From contig CAYRSQ010000003.1 in NCBI GenBank assembly GCA_964427055.1, forward strand, positions 1 through 36,692: a stretch of DNA of 36,692 nucleotides. The letters are read 5' to 3'. The position numbers were made by a program, and so were the translations under genes. Below the pieces are notes generated by a model. It saw only the letters and a list, made by a program, of their open reading frames with translations. It was not told the DNA's origin and ran no database searches. Shown in pieces: positions 7,024 to 15,259 of the stretch; the stretch's first letter is position 1, and each line of letters starts with the position of its first letter. This DNA comes from an uncultured archaeon (GTDB lineage Archaea > Aenigmatarchaeota > Aenigmatarchaeia > CG10238-14 > SCSR01).

Positions 7024-8391
7024 TCAGTCCGAGTTCCTTCCATAGTGCTCGAACATCCTACTGAATGCGTTCACTGCCCTTTCAGGATTCACGTACACGG
7101 GTATGCCAGAATCCCTCATCTTCTTTGACATTTCAGAAGTGTATTTGCCGCCGGCTGCACAAAGGAAAATGGGTTTATCGGACTTCTCGGAGATGTCAGA
7201 CAGCTTCCTAATTATTCCATCGTCCATCGAAACCGTCTGGAATACTACAATGACGAGGACACCGTCATATTCTTTCAGCCCCTCCTTTATCACGCGTTCG
7301 TACCTTTCGCTATCGGCGTCTCCCATTATGTCTATGGGGTTCTTGAGAGAGGCGTATCCGGGCAGTTCATCCTTTAGTATGTCTTTCATCCCTTTGCTGG
7401 GATTTTTCAGGACAACTCCGCTTCTAGCAGCTTCGTCCGCGGCCAATACCCCGAACCCTCCTCCATTGGTCACTATAAGCAGCTTATTCCCTCTCGGAAG
7501 AGGCTGGCATGCAAATGCCTGTGCCATGTCGAACATCTCGATCCAATTGTCGGTTTCAATCATGCCTGCCTGCTTGAACGCGGCAGAATACACTTCCGAG
7601 TGACCCGCCAATGACCCAGTATGACTAGAAGCAGCTTCCTTCCCAACATCAGTCTTGCCGGATTTCAGCACAATCACTGGCTTCCTCCTGGATATTTTTT
7701 TGACCGTCTTTATGAACCTCTTCCCATCGCACTTTATCCCTTCCATGTATGCTACAATAACTTTCGTTGAATCGTCTTCGGAAAGATACTCCAATATATC
7801 AAGTTCATTCACGTCCATAGCGTTTCCATATGAAACGAATTTGGACACGCCTATGGATTGCTCGCTCAGCCAGTCTAGCATTGAAGCCCCTATAGCGCCC
7901 GATTGGGAGATTATCGATATCCCTCCCTTTTTCGGTCGGCCCATCTTCTCTTCAGGAAGGAACATGGTGTCAACACCGTTCGAACTGTTGTATACACCAA
8001 GCCCATTGGGCCCCATCACTCTCATCCCAGACCCTTTCAGTATTCCTTTACATTCCTCCTCCAGCGCCGACCCGTCTTTACCTGTCTCTGAAAATCCAGA
8101 CGATATCACAATGGCCGACTTGACATTCTTTTCAACGCATTCCTTCAAGATGGAAGGCACAGTCTTTGCGGGAGTCGCTATGACTGCTAAGTCAACGTTT
8201 CCTGGTATGTCTTTAACGCTTTGATAAACTCTATTATCATCTATGGGAGTGGAGTCCTGGTTCACCGCGTAAATCTTTCCACTGAATGTCCCATTAGAGA
8301 AGTTATTGAAAATGGTATGCCCTATCTTTCCTTTCTTGTGACTCGCCCCTATGACGGCGACCGAGGATGGGTTAAAAAACTCTGACAGCAT
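7024..8391 (-). CDS. acdA: ADP-forming acetyl-CoA synthetase (acetate--CoA ligase) alpha subunit / CoA-binding NDP-forming acyl-CoA synthetase
   Basis: N-terminal CoA-binding Rossmann motif (SVAVIGASHKKGKIG), succinyl-CoA-synthetase-like domains, phosphohistidine motif SSHTGSLAG, length about 455 aa. Confidence 0.75.
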   Translation of the reverse strand: MLSEFFNPSSVAVIGASHKKGKIGHTIFNNFSNGTFSGKIYAVNQDSTPIDDNRVYQSVKDIPGNVDLAVIATPAKTVPSILKECVEKNVKSAIVISSGFSETGKDGSALEEECKGILKGSGMRVMGPNGLGVYNSSNGVDTMFLPEEKMGRPKKGGISIISQSGAIGASMLDWLSEQSIGVSKFVSYGNAMDVNELDILEYLSEDDSTKVIVAYMEGIKCDGKRFIKTVKKISRRKPVIVLKSGKTDVGKEAASSHTGSLAGHSEVYSAAFKQAGMIETDNWIEMFDMAQAFACQPLPRGNKLLIVTNGGGFGVLAADEAARSGVVLKNPSKGMKDILKDELPGYASLKNPIDIMGDADSERYERVIKEGLKEYDGVLVIVVFQTVSMDDGIIRKLSDISEKSDKPIFLCAAGGKYTSEMSKKMRDSGIPVYVNPERAVNAFSRMFEHYGRNSD

Positions 8392-8440
8392 ATAACTTAA
8401 TTTAATTGGTATACTAAAATTAATTTAGTGGTGTGAACAG

Positions 8441-9610
8441 ATGGTCAATGTGGAGAGGTTCATAACGGATGAGTTGTTATCAGTGCCTGAGAGTCCGCTG
8501 TCCGAACTTTCCAGGAAGGCCAAACAATACCAAGATGTCATAAGCCTCGGGAGGGGCGAACCTGATTTTGACATGGCAGCCTTCATGAAAGACGCCATGA
8601 TACGTGCCATAAAGGATAACGAGACGCATTACGCGGCGGCCGGGTCCATACCAGGGCTCAACGAGGCCATATCGAAAAAACTCGAGGGAGAGAATGGCAT
8701 AAACGTAGACCCGGACTTCGGAATAGTCGTCGGATCTGGATCGTCTCCAGTGCTCAGGGCTGTGATGGCAAGCATACTCAAGCCTGGCGAAGAGATAATG
8801 CTGATGGACCCGACTTACTTGATGTATATACCGCTGATAAAGACCCTGCACGGAAGATGCAATTTTGTACCTGTGTTCGAAGAGAACAACTTCGCCCCTA
8901 CAAGGGAAGACTTGGAGAGGAATTACAATGATAAGACTAAGGCTGTGTTGATAAATTCGCCCTGCAACCCGACTGGAGGCGTCTTCACGAAGAAACAATT
9001 GGAGGAGATAGCAGAATTCGCTGTCGACAAAGACATCTTGGTCATATCGGACGAGATATACGAGTACATTATATATGACGGGCTCAGGCACCACAGCATA
9101 GCATCTTTTGACGGACTCGGGGAAAGGACTATAACTGTAAACGGTTTCTCAAAGTCGTACGCAATGACAGGACTAAGGGTAGGTTACGCCGCAGGGCCTG
9201 CTGACCTGATGAAACACATTTTCAAGTACAATTACTTCGGACACATATGCGCTTGCGTTCCTTCCATGTATGCGGCACTCGAAGGTCTGGTCAACACCGA
9301 TACACGCAAATTCGTCGACGAACAGACAAAAGAATACGACAGAAGGAGGAAGTTCATAGTGAATAGGTTGAACGAAATCGGATTATCAACCAAGATGCCT
9401 CAGGGAGCGTTCTACGCATTCTCAAAATGCAGCGGGTTCGAGCAAAATTCGTACAAATTCTCGAACGACATACTGGAGAACACCAAAGTGGTGGTAACCC
9501 CGGGATCGGCTTTCGGGCCTCACGGAGAAGGCTATGTCAGATTCTCGTATGCCACTAAGTACGAACAGATAGAAGAAGCGATGGACAGAATCTCGAAATT
9601 CCTTAACTAA
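8441..9610 (+). CDS. Class I/II pyridoxal-phosphate-dependent aminotransferase (aspartate aminotransferase-like)
   Basis: Motifs LGRGEPDFD, INSPCNPTG, DEIYEYIIYD and PLP-lysine motif NGFSKSYAMTGLRVGY. GGTG Shine-Dalgarno upstream. Confidence 0.8.
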   Translation: MVNVERFITDELLSVPESPLSELSRKAKQYQDVISLGRGEPDFDMAAFMKDAMIRAIKDNETHYAAAGSIPGLNEAISKKLEGENGINVDPDFGIVVGSGSSPVLRAVMASILKPGEEIMLMDPTYLMYIPLIKTLHGRCNFVPVFEENNFAPTREDLERNYNDKTKAVLINSPCNPTGGVFTKKQLEEIAEFAVDKDILVISDEIYEYIIYDGLRHHSIASFDGLGERTITVNGFSKSYAMTGLRVGYAAGPADLMKHIFKYNYFGHICACVPSMYAALEGLVNTDTRKFVDEQTKEYDRRRKFIVNRLNEIGLSTKMPQGAFYAFSKCSGFEQNSYKFSNDILENTKVVVTPGSAFGPHGEGYVRFSYATKYEQIEEAMDRISKFLN

Positions 9611-9613
9611 AGA

Positions 9614-9621
9614 TTTAAATT
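9614..9621 (+). promoter_or_regulatory. Candidate TATA box for SRP RNA
   Basis: TTTAAATT centred about 26 nt upstream of the first base of the terminal helix (9644). Confidence 0.4.
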
Positions 9622-9643
9622 AGTGCTTGACATAGTTTCTTTT

Positions 9644-9919
9644 GCAGAGAGCTAGGTCTGGGTGATTAGGCCACACCTACTTCGGAAAACGGTCTTTAGG
9701 TCCGAACTGAACGGCCTTGAAAGGTGCAGTTGGTGTAAATCGACCCGGATTCCGGACTGAGAAGCCTTGCCTCTATCGATTTGGGCGTGTGTGAACCCCC
9801 CAGGGCAGGAATGCAGCAAGGATAAGCATTCGTTCAAATGCTATAGGGTAAACAGGGTGGAGAAAGGAACCCGGACAATCGGTCTATGTCACCTGTAACG
9901 ATCTTGGTCCGCTCTCTGC
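9644..9919 (+). ncRNA. Signal recognition particle RNA (archaeal 7S RNA)
   Basis: The 5' GCAGAGAGC and 3' GCTCTCTGC ends form a perfect 9-bp terminal helix. Alu-domain hairpin GGTCT-GGGTGATT-AGGCC has a GGUG loop. Helix-8 signature is CAGGGCA-GGAA-TGC-AGCA-AGG (9801-9821; compare E. coli CAGGUCC-GGAA-GGA-AGCAGCC-AAGG). No credible CDS in the region. Confidence 0.8.
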
Positions 9920-9923
9920 GCAA

Positions 9924-9936
9924 TTATTCTTTTTAT
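9924..9936 (+). terminator. Oligo-T archaeal terminator candidate after SRP RNA
   Basis: TTATTCTTTTTAT lies immediately 3' of the terminal helix. Confidence 0.35.
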
Positions 9937-9967
9937 CGACATATACCATATTATTATAAGTGAATCT

Positions 9968-10735
9968 ATGGAGAACGAAGAAATCATCATAATCCTTGCA
10001 ATAGTCATTATACTTGCATTTTCGGGCAGACTGTCCGGGATTGCAGGGGAGAACAACAATTCTGATGCCGGGCTTGTAAATTACGAGCCGGAGATAACGA
10101 ATGCCTGCGAACTGTCAGACGTTACGTACGGAAGGTCGACAGTCAAGGTGCCCGCTATTGACGAGGATGGAAACGGAGTTGTGACCTTGGTGATGGTAGA
10201 GTCCATGGGAGGGACTGGAAGAACACTGGTAGACATAGACCAGCTACTTTTCTGGACTGACACTCAATATTCAATACAAGTGTCAAAGTTCGTGGCGGGG
10301 CATTACACTAATTACGATCTCTCTAACGTTGACCTGATTTATGCCATAGATACGGAAGCCGGTGCTATAGAGGGACCGTCGGCGGGAGCGGCGTTGACAA
10401 TCGCCACTATATCAGCTCTCTACAACGAAAGCATCAGGAAAGACGTCATGATAACCGGCACCATAGGACCTGATGGAAGCATAGGAAAGGTCGGCGGTGT
10501 GCTTGAGAAGGCGACAGCCGCAAAGGAAATGGGGGCGACAGTATTCTTGGTGCCAGAAGGGCAGGCTACTGCTGAGATAGAGAAAAGTGGTGAGACTTGT
10601 GAGAAGATAGGCCCGTTAAACTATTGCACCGATGAGCCAATGCCAATGATTATCAACATATCCGACTACCTGGGAATCGATGTGATTGAAGTTTCAACCA
10701 TCGAAGACGCGGTACCATATTTCATGGAAGTATAA
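9968..10735 (+). CDS. Membrane-anchored Lon-type S16 serine peptidase (no AAA+ module; COG1750-like archaeal serine protease)
   Basis: N-terminal TM helix (IIIILAIVIILAF). Lon proteolytic domain with catalytic Ser motif GPSAGAALTIA and Lys in ITGTIGPDGSIGKVGGVLEKATAAKEMGA. Confidence 0.75.
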   Translation: MENEEIIIILAIVIILAFSGRLSGIAGENNNSDAGLVNYEPEITNACELSDVTYGRSTVKVPAIDEDGNGVVTLVMVESMGGTGRTLVDIDQLLFWTDTQYSIQVSKFVAGHYTNYDLSNVDLIYAIDTEAGAIEGPSAGAALTIATISALYNESIRKDVMITGTIGPDGSIGKVGGVLEKATAAKEMGATVFLVPEGQATAEIEKSGETCEKIGPLNYCTDEPMPMIINISDYLGIDVIEVSTIEDAVPYFMEV

Positions 10736-10768
10736 AAATAGAAATAATCGTCAATACAATCTAATTTT

Positions 10769-11407
10769 ATGGCAAAAGGGAAAGCGAGGAAAAAGACCAC
10801 GCTCAAGGACCCGTTCAAAGAGCTGGTAAGCATATGCATCGGAATATTGGCTGGAACTCTGATATTCTCTCATAACTGGACCATGCCGTCGGAGACACTG
10901 ATTGAATTCCAAGCCCTTCTCTTGCCTTTCACTCTGTCTTTCTTCTTTTACTACCTTGCACAAAGGTACATGGCGGAAAGACTAAGATGTAATATGTCAT
11001 ACAATCTATGGATACCCGGCATAGTTTTTTCGCTGATGCTGATGTTGGTGGGCATCAAACTATTCCTCATAGGAGGGATAATCATAAGCGCTTACAAGTT
11101 CGGACGATTCGGGATGAAAGACAGGTTGCCCAGTATCCAGGAAATAGGATTCATATCGGTCGCGGGCCCTCTCATGAACATGATTGTAGTGGCGATTTTC
11201 AACGTTCTCACCTATTATATAGGGTCTAATCCGTTCTTCGCGGACATGATATTCCTCAACAGCTGGATGGCATTCTTCAATCTCATACCTATAAAGGACC
11301 TGGACGGGGGAAAGGTGATGTTCTGGTATCCGATGTTCTGGATGATACTGATGTTCTTCGCCATACTGCTGATAACACCATCGAACATGTTGTCATTCTT
11401 CACTTGA
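10769..11407 (+). CDS. Site-2-protease (peptidase M50)-like polytopic membrane protein lacking the HExxH zinc motif
   Basis: M50 signatures AGPLMN and FFNLIPIKDLDGGKV are present. At the expected HExxH position the sequence reads YYLAQRYMAERL, and the only His in the protein is in FSHNW. Confidence 0.6.
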   Translation: MAKGKARKKTTLKDPFKELVSICIGILAGTLIFSHNWTMPSETLIEFQALLLPFTLSFFFYYLAQRYMAERLRCNMSYNLWIPGIVFSLMLMLVGIKLFLIGGIIISAYKFGRFGMKDRLPSIQEIGFISVAGPLMNMIVVAIFNVLTYYIGSNPFFADMIFLNSWMAFFNLIPIKDLDGGKVMFWYPMFWMILMFFAILLITPSNMLSFFT

Positions 11408-11445
11408 ATCAGAAACTTAAAATCCGATAGGAGTAATTACTCTGT

Positions 11446-12684
11446 ATGCGAGTGATAAGTGATTTCCATATACACAGCCGTTTCAGCTACGCGTGCAGCA
11501 AAAACATGGTCTTCGAAGAAATAGCCAAAAATGGGCTGCTCAAAGGATTGGATCTGATAGGGACAGGAGATATCACTCAGCCAGTCTGGTTTAAAGAAAT
11601 AAAAGATAAGCTGTCTCGAAATGAGACCGAACCTGGATCTGGCATATTCGATTATAATGGTATAAGATGGATGCTTACAACGGAACTATCAACCATATAT
11701 TCTCAGGACGGGAAAACCAGAAAAGTACATCACGTTATCCATGTGCCATCCGTGGAAGTAACAATCCAGATGAGAGAGCTCCTTGACAAACACGGTAAAC
11801 TGGACTTGGATGGCCGCCCTACGCTTACCAAGATAACTTCTCCTGAACTCGTGGAGGGATTGATGGAGATATCGGATGACATCTTGATATATCCGGCACA
11901 CACATGGACTAGTTGGTTCGGCGTGCTCGGGGAATTCTCAGGGTTCAATTCAATCGACGAGTGCTACGGCGACCAGACTAAACATGTCCATGCCATAGAA
12001 ACTGGGATGAGCAGCGACCCCTCGATGAACTGGAGGATAAAGTCTCTTGACAAGTTCACAATCCTGTCCAATTCGGATGCGCATAGCCCATGGGTATGGA
12101 GATTGGGAAGAGAAGCCAATGTCTTTGAATTGGACAACCTGACATACGATGAGATAAGCGATTCGATAAAGAAGAACGATCCTAAAAGATTGAAATACAC
12201 GATAGAAGTCGAACCTTCTTACGGCAAGTACCATTTCACCGGCCATAGGAAATGCGAAGTCAATCTGAGTCCATCTGTAGCCGCCAAATTGGGCAACATA
12301 TGCCCCGTATGCAAGAAGAAGATGACAATCGGCGTCATGCAAAGGGTCGAAAAGTTGGCGGACAGACCTGAAGGATATACACCTAAAGGTCGTATACCAT
12401 TCAAATCGTTGATTCCCCTCTATGAAATAATCTCATCCGTCACTGGAGTGAACAGGATGTATTCCAATCCCGTGATAATAAAACAGGACCGACTGATTGA
12501 AACATTCGGGAACGAATTGAAGGTGTTGCTGGATGCGAGCAAAGCTGACCTGATGAAAGCAACAGACAGGAAAATAGCAGACGCCATAATAAAAATAAGG
12601 GATGGGAAAGTCGGATATACGCCCGGCTACGATGGAGTGTATGGCGTGCCGATGTTCTCTGAAGATGCTAATAAAGAAGCTTAA
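11446..12684 (+). CDS. endoQ: Endonuclease Q-like PHP-domain nuclease (TIGR00375 family)
   Basis: N-terminal PHP motif DFHIHSRFSYACSKNM. Other motifs are VHHVIHVPS, YPAHTWTSWFG, LSNSDAHSPWVWRLGREANVFE and GKYHFTGHRKC. Zn-finger CPVCKKKMTIGV. Collinear with my recollection of Pyrococcus EndoQ. Confidence 0.65.
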   Translation: MRVISDFHIHSRFSYACSKNMVFEEIAKNGLLKGLDLIGTGDITQPVWFKEIKDKLSRNETEPGSGIFDYNGIRWMLTTELSTIYSQDGKTRKVHHVIHVPSVEVTIQMRELLDKHGKLDLDGRPTLTKITSPELVEGLMEISDDILIYPAHTWTSWFGVLGEFSGFNSIDECYGDQTKHVHAIETGMSSDPSMNWRIKSLDKFTILSNSDAHSPWVWRLGREANVFELDNLTYDEISDSIKKNDPKRLKYTIEVEPSYGKYHFTGHRKCEVNLSPSVAAKLGNICPVCKKKMTIGVMQRVEKLADRPEGYTPKGRIPFKSLIPLYEIISSVTGVNRMYSNPVIIKQDRLIETFGNELKVLLDASKADLMKATDRKIADAIIKIRDGKVGYTPGYDGVYGVPMFSEDANKEA

Positions 12685-12695
12685 ATTATTTTAAA
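12681..12695 (+). promoter_or_regulatory. Candidate TATA box for tRNA-Val
   Basis: TTAAATTATTTTAAA centred about 27 nt upstream of tRNA position 1. Confidence 0.35.
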
Positions 12696-12714
12696 CCGAA
12701 ATAGAGTTTGCAAA

Positions 12715-12785
12715 GGGCTTGTAGTCTAATGGCAGGACGCTACCCTCACACGGTAGAGAACGTGGTTCAATCCCGCGCAGGCCCA
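12715..12785 (+). tRNA. tRNA-Val (anticodon CAC)
   Basis: Acceptor GGGCTTG/CAGGCCC (one G-U), D arm GTCT-AATGGCA-GGAC, anticodon stem CTACC/GGTAG with loop CTCACAC, T arm CGTGG-TTCAATC-CCGCG. Confidence 0.85.
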
Positions 12786-12824
12786 CTGAATCAATTTTAA
12801 AGTTAAATCACGTAATAAACTATA

Positions 12825-13799
12825 GTGAAATCAATGAAGTTATCCGTTATCTGCTTCCTGGTCGTCAGTTTCGCTATTATCCCAGCTGTATATTCAGCGG
12901 ATTCATGCTACTGTCTGTATGATTGTGACAATTATGCCCAGTGCGACTTCTACGCAGAACAACCAGATAGCCACCATGAACTATGTCCAGACAGTTCGTG
13001 TGATTCAGACGGAAATTCAAATCCAGTCTCATGTGACGATAACTCAGATTGCATACCCGAAGAGACAGACGACGGAATTGACTACACGGTTTCAGGGACA
13101 TGTACTGAATACACTTGTACAGACAATGAATGTGTAGTGAAATATGTGAGAGACGACAGCTGTGCTGGAGCAGGACTGTGGGAATGGTACGCGGAAGGAA
13201 CTTCATGCAAATCCATATATCGAAGTTGTCCAAACGAATGCTGGAAGAGGGAATATGACCAAGGAACTTGTTATGAAGGCGATGGTGAAAGTTACTGTTT
13301 TTGCTACAATAATGGATGGTCTAGTACACCAACAGGCTATTCCGACGACATGAACTCATACTCAAATCAGAGAGACATAGAAATGACCGAAGGGTGGAAC
13401 CTCATCTCCAACCCGTTCAGTGGAACGTATGGGATCGATAGCAACTGCGAGATTATAGCAAGCATCTACGGATATGACGGGGGCCTCAAACCGATATCAG
13501 ATCCTTTGAATGGCATGAAAGGGGGGAAGGCATATTTGATTAAAGTTTCTGGTGATTGCACAATCAGCCTTGGCGGAAACACACTCATAACCGGAATTCA
13601 ACTCGGCTCTGGCTGGAACATGGTAGGTACAACAGGCAATGATGAAATGACAGTAAGCAAATTCGAATCGGATTGCGACCTATCTTCTAGCATATACTAT
13701 TACAACACTGGTACAGGGTATTTGAAGCCCGTGACGTCTACGATGGATCCGGGCATAGGATATCTAGTGAAAGCTGAATATCCGTGTACGGTAGAATAA
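12825..13799 (+). CDS. Secreted Cys-rich protein with two C-terminal GWN…GYL(I/V)K repeats, hypothetical
   Basis: Signal peptide (…FAIIPAVYSA/DS). The track start is GTG 12825, and ATG 12834 is the more likely start. The N-terminal half has more than 25 Cys. The C-terminal half is two tandem repeats of about 65 aa. Confidence 0.65.
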   Translation: MKSMKLSVICFLVVSFAIIPAVYSADSCYCLYDCDNYAQCDFYAEQPDSHHELCPDSSCDSDGNSNPVSCDDNSDCIPEETDDGIDYTVSGTCTEYTCTDNECVVKYVRDDSCAGAGLWEWYAEGTSCKSIYRSCPNECWKREYDQGTCYEGDGESYCFCYNNGWSSTPTGYSDDMNSYSNQRDIEMTEGWNLISNPFSGTYGIDSNCEIIASIYGYDGGLKPISDPLNGMKGGKAYLIKVSGDCTISLGGNTLITGIQLGSGWNMVGTTGNDEMTVSKFESDCDLSSSIYYYNTGTGYLKPVTSTMDPGIGYLVKAEYPCTVE

Positions 13800-13810
13800 G
13801 TATCAAAAAC

Positions 13811-15202
13811 TTAATCCTTGGGTATTTCGAATGGCGGACAAGTTTCATACTTAGTGTATGTCGATCCACAATGGCAATGGTTACTCGAATCGCAATAAGC
13901 GCCTTCGTTGAGACCACATGGACCTGTGCTTTCTAATGCAGTATCTGATTTTTCGACGTTACTGCAGCAGTCCGCATTTATGTAACATTCTATGTCCGAA
14001 CCCGTTGATGTTCCGCTAGAACTCAAAGTGGTGAAAGAACTGCATCCACTACTCGGGTATTTTCCTGTATTGTCTGAAGCATCGGTGGATTCTATCCTAT
14101 AATAATATTTAGTATTCGCTACAAGGCTTCTCAGTGAGATTTCATGGCTCTTGACCATTGAACTTTTGGACGTTTTAGTCAATTTAGATGATGTGCAGGC
14201 TGTTCCATACCAGACATCGCTGTCACTTTTTTCATTCGTCGCCCAGCTTACTGTAGCAGAATCAGAATCTATCCCGCTGACACCAGCTGAACTTATAACA
14301 GGTTTAGTCGTGTCAGTGTATCCGCCGTTGTCGTCATTGTCTTCTATGAACAATGCTTTCAATACAGTGATTTGAGTGGATTCATCCACAAAATAATTGT
14401 AACTCAACACGACTTCTACCGGTATCGTCGTGTACGAATCTATGCTTCCCAGTGTGAATGAACATGCGACAGATTTTTGGCCGCTTCTCGGCAGTTTTAT
14501 CTGCTGGTTGGATACGCACGGAGTATTATCGCCTACCTTAATTTTTTCGACCACAACAGTCATGTCGTCTTCATCATCATTGAACGGTTTACCAGACCCG
14601 GCATTCTTTACGATGACTGTCAAAGAGGAAGTTGTACTACCTTTGCTTATTATTGGTTTTGATAACCCGGACAGTTCCACAGTTATTGGTGAATCTGTCA
14701 CAGTAAAACTTTCAAGGCCATTTGAGCTCATTATAGCCTCAGCGTCCTCTGCCACACTCTTTATATAATCGCTGTCGTATACCTTGATATTTCCGACGGC
14801 GGTGGTCTGATAATTGTATGTCATCCTTATAGTTGCCGTATATACATTATCAACTTTCAGAGAGCTTGGAGAAGTTGCTTCCCAATAGGCTTCTCCCGTT
14901 CCCCCAGGTATGTCGCTATCCATTTTTTCCAAAAAGCCTATCTCATACGTCTTGTCTGGTATATTCCAGTCGTTCCCCAATCCAAATATCCTTACCTCGA
15001 CGTCTTTGGCATCCTCTTCGCCTGCATTTTCGACAACTGCCGTGAATACGACTTCATCGCCCGAATAGATTTCGGATATGTCAGGACTAAAATCAGATAT
15101 CATTACTCCTTTGTTCCCACTGGTAGTACTATCTCCTATGCAACCTGATATGAAAACTACAACTAGAATGAGAAACATCAATGAAACACTGCGTGCGTCC
15201 AT
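13811..15202 (-). CDS. Surface lipoprotein-like protein: lipobox, two CARDB-like beta-sandwich domains, fibronectin type III domain, Cys-rich tail
   Basis: Signal plus lipobox-like FISGC/IGD. CARDB-like segment YSGDEVVFTAVVENAGEEDAKDVEVRIFG. FN3-like segment DTTKPVISSAGVSGIDSDSATVSWATNEKSDSDVWYG…TKYYYRIESTDASDNTG. C-terminal 60 aa contain 10 Cys. Confidence 0.65.
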   Translation of the reverse strand: MDARSVSLMFLILVVVFISGCIGDSTTSGNKGVMISDFSPDISEIYSGDEVVFTAVVENAGEEDAKDVEVRIFGLGNDWNIPDKTYEIGFLEKMDSDIPGGTGEAYWEATSPSSLKVDNVYTATIRMTYNYQTTAVGNIKVYDSDYIKSVAEDAEAIMSSNGLESFTVTDSPITVELSGLSKPIISKGSTTSSLTVIVKNAGSGKPFNDDEDDMTVVVEKIKVGDNTPCVSNQQIKLPRSGQKSVACSFTLGSIDSYTTIPVEVVLSYNYFVDESTQITVLKALFIEDNDDNGGYTDTTKPVISSAGVSGIDSDSATVSWATNEKSDSDVWYGTACTSSKLTKTSKSSMVKSHEISLRSLVANTKYYYRIESTDASDNTGKYPSSGCSSFTTLSSSGTSTGSDIECYINADCCSNVEKSDTALESTGPCGLNEGAYCDSSNHCHCGSTYTKYETCPPFEIPKD

Positions 15203-15259
15203 CTCATCAAACCCTTACTATTATTTTTGACTTCCATGAATTTAAATTGTATTCGATGT

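Noticed and set aside
9652-9837. 61-aa minus-strand ORF in the 9.6-9.9 kb gap
   Set aside because: The region folds as SRP RNA, with a terminal helix and the helix-8 GGAA/AGCA signature. The ORF is incidental.
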